This document shows, piece after piece, positions 58,178 through 64,000 of a DNA stretch of 64,000 bases (the first letter of the stretch is position 1; each line of letters begins with the position of its first letter). Below the pieces are notes generated by a model. The model searched no databases. It worked only from the letters and a program-made list of their open reading frames with translations, and was not told the origin of the DNA. Source of the DNA: the human T2T-CHM13v2.0 reference genome, Homo sapiens; assembly GCF_009914755.1 (NCBI RefSeq), contig NC_060929.1; one strand, written 5' to 3'. A program made the position numbers and the translations under genes.

Positions 58178-60627
58178 TTAATGTTTACTGTGGAAAGACA
58201 TGCTTTACTTCTTTTAAATAATCAAAACATATGTTCTACCAAGCAAGTGTCCTAGTTACAAAATGTCATAGGTGTAATTTAGACATTTTAAGTAACAAAG
58301 AGCATCATAAAAAAAAATCACATGGAGATCTTTAGAAAGTAATTTTTAATCAGGAATTTTGATCAGTAACAAAAATATTTGCTTTTAAGTTAGGCAAACA
58401 TACATATCCTAAAGCAACATTGCCCTTGATGACTTGAGGCCAGCTTTAAAATAAAATAAAATATATGTACTGCACCATTCATATACAATATGTACCCCTT
58501 ATTGTGTAGACCGTTCCTCTAGTAGTTCCTGCTAAGGTTCCTGGAGTCCCTACTTTGGGGACAGGCAGGCAGAACAGGTTTCAGGTGATAGTGTTGGGGG
58601 AGGAGGGAAGAAGACAAGTCCCCTGAGCTTGCTTCAGCAAGGTCAGCAAGTCAGACATTTAACTGGGATGCATCAAAAGCCACCCCCTGTACCCCAAAAG
58701 GGATGGCCTTCATGCTGTGGTCCCTCAGCGCTCAGTCAACACACAGCAGGATGCAAGGGACAAAGGAGGACAGGAAGATAGAATCAAATAAAAAAATACA
58801 GTCTTCTGAGACAGACATTTGGAGCAATTCAAATGCATAAACTGAATATGTACATGTATAGAGTGTGTGTCTGTATACATTTGTACCAAGGGGTTTTATT
58901 TCTTGTCTTTGATTAAACTTCCTAGTAAGTAGCTGCCTCCTTTGAGGCTTAGTGCCACCAAACTAAGCAACAGCATCACTCTGATTTCTAATGCCAAGTT
59001 TGAAACTTAATTTTTCTCCTGCTCCTTGTCAGGCACCACTGGTTGGTCTGAAATCTGATGAGTTTGGATGACGATTTCTAGTGTGGGGCAGGTTTCTCAA
59101 ACCCTCTCCTTTTTTAAAGCCAAATTTCCTCATTAGAGTAGCAGAATGCTTTCTCCTTCTCTTCCTCCTCCCTCTCTTTGTGGGAAGACAAAGGTTCAAT
59201 GCCCACTGTAACAGAATTGACTCCCCTCCCCAATCCAGTCTCACAAGCTTGTATCATTAGCTTGTTAGGACACATTTTTCTTCTTTTAAATAAAAGTGTT
59301 AAAAAGTTTGGGAAAGGTATTTTGTAATTATTGAACTAGGCCTACTATGAGCCATAATAATGACACAGATCTTGTGGTATTACCTCCTAATGGTCATTCC
59401 TTTCCTAAGAGTGTTATTTTAGAAGACGGCTATTACAAGTGGCCCTGGGCACATAGCACAGGGCCAGGGTCTGTCAAAATGAGAGGGAAACAGCTTTCAC
59501 TTACTCCCACTGTCAGACTCAGGATGTCACTGAAGATAAGCAACTGAAAGAGTGCAGCCATTCAAATCATTGGTCCCAGTCCTTTCCTGCACTTAATATT
59601 AATTACAGGATTTTTTTTTTTTAAGTTAACAACTCAGATACCCAAGCTCTCCACGATGCCATTACTTCGACTAGAAAAAAACAGGTAAAGAGAACAGCAA
59701 GCCAGACAAAAATAAATCATCCTTCAGGCAAAAACTCCCCCTCCATGCCACTCACCAAAAGACGAGTACTCTAGGACTAAAAGGGCGTAGAAGGGTGTAA
59801 AATGCTCTGAATTTGAGAAGTCATTAACAGCTATCTGCCACTTCCGTATTTTCTGTATCTGGCAGCATAGTCTGTTTCTTGCCCAATTCTTCCCCAGTGG
59901 CAGGAGCAAAGGAAGGAGGAGCAGGCAGGAAGGCAAAGTAATTACCAAGATGAATGAAACTGAAAGATGCAAAGGAAATAAAATGTAAGAATGAAAAATC
60001 TCATGCCTTGTGGGGAGGGATAGGCAAGGAAAAGGAAATAGGAGCTACTGTCTTCCTAACTCCTCTCATCACCTAGTTTTCCTCACAAACCCACCACCTC
60101 TTGTAGATCAGTAGGTCATGGGTGATTAGCAGAGTTCCAGGTTTAAATGCCATTGAATTGCTTGTCAAAATATGTGTAATACAACTACAGATTATAGGAC
60201 TGTATCTTAAAGTAATTTCTTACCATCCCCAGTCCTTGAGCTGTAAGGAGACAGTGGGAACCAATTGACAATTATGCTCCACATCAAAAAGCTGCTACTG
60301 ATCCATGTGTCTCACTGGGATTGAAGAGCCAGGCTTCCTATAAATTATGATGCTTTATTTAAAGTCAGAGCGCTTATTTGCTTTTGTGCCAGCTCTGGGC
60401 CCTTTTCATCTCTAGCTATACCGGGCCCAGGAGAGCATACATTCCTACCGCTCTGCTGGCCACCAGCTGTGTCCTCTGTAAATCATAAAACCTCTGAACA
60501 AGCTATTCTTTACAAAGGCCAACAACATTTACTGGAAATGATCACTCTGCTATTATTCCATTCACTGAAATTTAAAATAGCAATTTACAACAGCAGCCGA
60601 AAACAGAAGAACTGCCTCTCTTAACTC

Positions 60628-60654
60628 TGTGTGTGTGTGTGTGTGTGAGAGAGA
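60628..60654. repeat. (TG)n(AG)n microsatellite
   Basis: TGTGTGTGTGTGTGTGTGTGAGAGAGA. Confidence 0.9.
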
Positions 60655-61094
60655 ATGGGAGAGATCTGCATGTATATGGCACACAAAGGGGTACATTTTG
60701 TGTGTCACCAAAAAGCCACCATCTTTGCAAATCTAGAAAGGAAACAAGGAATATGAATGTCAGAGAAACCAGACTCAGTTTCACCTTTGGCGGCAGGGTG
60801 AATGAGGCTTAAGTTGTTGGTGAACCTCCCTGTTCTTCCTGGAGGTGGCCATGCCCTGCAGGCAGTGTGGGAAGTAGTTCCCACATTCTGGTAGAGAAGC
60901 CACAGCATGTGGCTCAGGTTCAGAATGCAATAGGGAAAGCTGAAAGGATGAACTCTGCAGTCATTTCTGAGGAGTAGGAAGGAAGAAAGAATAAACAGTG
61001 GCCATCAAATGGAGCACCCTAAGCACCTGAAAGCATGTCTCTGGAGACAGAGGCAGACTCACCTGTTCACAACCAGCTTTGTAGCCGCTTCATC

Positions 61095-61225
61095 TTGAGC
61101 TAACCTAAACCTACCTGAGCCTCAGTTTCCTCATCTATAAAATGGGAGTAATATGGATATTAAATAAGATGTGATTTATGTAAAGTATTTAACATGAGCA
61201 CTGGCATAAAGAAGCCACTCAGCAT
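61095..61225 (+). mobile_element. MIR
   Basis: CTGAGCCTCAGTTTCCTCATCTATAAAATGGGAGTAATA core. Confidence 0.8.
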
Positions 61226-63251
61226 ATGTACTACGGCGTCCTCATCTTTTAAACTCTCCTGTAACTCACCCAGGTCATAAGCTGAAGAATGGAAGGAGAT
61301 GCCAAAATGCTATGAATTCCACACTCAGAAATGCAGCTGGCAGCAAGCCCTCCCGCATTCCTCCCAGGTGAAGCAAACTCAGTTATGCGCATCTACACTA
61401 ATTATCCCACATTGCTGGTGACCAGGCTTACTATAAATGTGGCCTATCTTTCTTTTAGAATCTTAAGGGCTGCAAATTCCAACCTGAGGGACTTCTTTTA
61501 TTATTTCTATACCCACCACCAATTTCAAATGATATAAAATTTATCTTTCCTAACCCATCCATTGTTTAAAGCAAACATTTCCTCTGACTACTCAATAGTA
61601 AAGGCAACTGAGAAATGCAGTTCTAAATCACTGAAGCCTCATCTCTGGACTATTGCAGGGTAAGAAAACCTCATTTCATGTTTTCAGGAACAGCTAACTG
61701 AATGCCTGACATTTGTCTAAATTACAAAAGCCAAAATTAAAGCTCCCCAGTACCGTGACAACAGAAATGAGACTCTGCAGCAAGGCTCTGGGGATGCAGA
61801 TGGACAGAGCAGGTTAAACATGAACTCATCTTTCCAATTCCCATCTGGACCCACCAGTTTTCTTGACAGCACTCAGAGGCTGCCTTCCCACCCTCCCCCA
61901 TTCCACATTCCAAAGTTCTTATCTTTCAGGGAAGAAAAAAAAAAAAAAGCCCCACAGAGTTACAAGTATTTCAATAACGTGCTTAGAGACCAGCTCTTTT
62001 CTGTAAACAAGCCTAATGAAGTGTGACTAATAGTGCTCTCCTCCAGCACAGGGAAGGTAAAAGGGCCTTTGTTAGCACTTACTGGAGCAAAGTCGTCATT
62101 TTGCTGGAGCAGAACAAAACTTAGCTGGTTATTGATTGACCAGCCTGCTCGGTGTCACTGCTTTACTGTCTATTTCTATATACTCTGTGTGTAAATACGT
62201 GTGTTTACACAGACACTGAGATCGTCTGTATACACACAGTCACACACAGCCAGCTAACCTTTCTCTGCAAACAGGATGAAGTGTTCAAGGCATCTAACTG
62301 AAATCTAATTCCTCTCCGATATTTGTATCTCTTCTAGTCCTTGATATCACCTAACATTTCTCTCCATGTTGTTAGTATCATAGTATCATGAACCTCAATT
62401 TCAGGGCCTGTAAACCAACCCTCCCCATGGACACTTAATAGTTTCCGAAGTCACTCTGATTTAACCTGACCTGGTTATTACATTCTAGAGGTGATTTTGT
62501 TTTTTCATGAATTCAAAATTGCTGCTGTTTCCTTTCCCCATTTCACTGATCAATTCTGAAACTCCTGAAATTTGGCTCCAAATGTTAACTGCTAAATAAA
62601 TACTTCATGATGACTTAAATTGTCTTCTTCAATTGACGTTTGTCTTAAGTATTAATATACACAGCAGCGATGTTAGCAGGAAGATCTGAAGTTGGCTCTG
62701 ACTTCTTTCTTGGATGACTGAGGAATTCAAGTCAAAACCTGCTTTCCTTGCGAATCTGAGCACAAATTTCCGTATAAATTATTGACTGCACTTTGGCCTC
62801 ATCTGAAACATTAGCCCCACAGGCTGATAAGTTCTGACCCCAGGTGGCACATCAGCCCTCTCAGAAGAGGCAGGAACATTAGTGCTTCGCACTGGGGACT
62901 AAGGCGTGTGAGCCAATCAATCACACTCTCTGACAGCTTTTACTGCCTCTGTGCATTAGGCCCAAGTCAACCTCCAAGACTCCTATTGTTCGCATTATTC
63001 TCTTATTCTCTGGTCTCATGAAGTTAGGGTTAAGTCCAAGGCTTTAGCAAGAGAAAGGCTATTGTTAGTAACTCAGTCTTTATTGACTCTGACCTGCAGG
63101 GCAGCCGACTTCAAGCCTTTTCCAGAAAGTAATGCACTGTTAATTGCTGCTCATCATCAGCGTGTGTTTTATACACTTCTCTTCACTGAAAGAAAACCTG
63201 ACCAAATATTTCAGCATCCTCCCAGGTTGCCTTGTAATTCTCTCAAGAGTT

Positions 63252-63291
63252 ACAGACACACAGACACACACACACACACAGACACACACAC
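63252..63291. repeat. Interrupted (CA)n tract
   Basis: ACAGACACACAGACACACACACACACACAGACACACACAC. Confidence 0.85.
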
Positions 63292-64000
63292 TTCTGGACA
63301 AAAATCTGATTTGTACTCGCCACAGTCCCTGAACCAGTAAATCTAATACCAATGCAAACAGAATGTTTGGCTGGACAATGCTAACACTTGGGGGTTGCCA
63401 CCTGGAACAATAAATAAATTTTTTCATGGCAAATATCTGTGGGGATTAGTATATAGGGCAGGAAAATGCCTGATGGAAGAATGAGGTAGAAACCTATTAT
63501 TTCCTTCTGATGTCCTTTGCTTAAAATAACTAAAGATCTTTTTCAGTGGAAACTAGTAGCTCTATTTGTGAGCAGCCAGCAACAGACTGGATAGCCTCAG
63601 GGTGAAGAGTACAGCATTCCATTCAGGCTTCCTTTGAAGAAATTCAGCACTCTAAAGGGGTGGCAGAATTATTGGTCCAAAGGCTTTCCGGTTTTCTTTG
63701 AAAGAGAAAACAGGCAGCCCATTATCTCTTCTTACCCAAACAGGCCTCTCAGGGGAGACAGGAGGGAAAGGCGAGTGGTGTGGCCGTAGAAGGTACACAC
63801 CAGAGCGTCCAGGTCTGTTGCTCACTGCAGTGGGGACCCAGACCTGGCCTACCACACAGCATGCACAAAACCTGCCCCACCCCACAAAACCTTGCTGTTC
63901 AAAGTGGTAAACGACAGGCTACAATGTGAATGCTTCAAGTGAGAAAGCACATGTTGACATTTCGGAAATCAAATTTCTTGGGTTCAGGGAAAAAGCACAA

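Overview
Human/primate genomic DNA containing the 3' part of ZNF608 (C2H2 zinc-finger co-regulator, Drosophila scribbler/brakeless family, paralog of ZNF609) on the minus strand. Seven coding exons were placed by GT-AG sites with consistent phases: 50057-50144, 47126-49580, 44691-45108, 43958-44130, 41699-41852, 39580-39661 and a final 7 coding nt at 38347-38353. A ~1 kb 3'UTR follows, down to ~37360. 50145-64000 is intron and holds an intragenic CpG island. 1-37 kb is downstream intergenic DNA rich in Alu, L1, L2, MIR and MaLR/ERVL LTR relics. No new gene system can be demonstrated from sequence alone. Best leads, all hypotheses: (1) an inverted-Alu-bracketed, phase-0/phase-0 591-nt exon pair that would form a stop-free circRNA; (2) an intragenic CCAAT/CpG promoter predicting a 1085-aa short isoform with a uORF whose stop overlaps the start; (3) a last intron that changes the 3'UTR but only the last residue of the protein; (4) two short templated duplications, both ~1.25 kb from their apparent donors; (5) an atrophin-like RE+HX module encoded by one exon. 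Repeat family/subfamily names and their boundaries are from visual recognition, not a database search.
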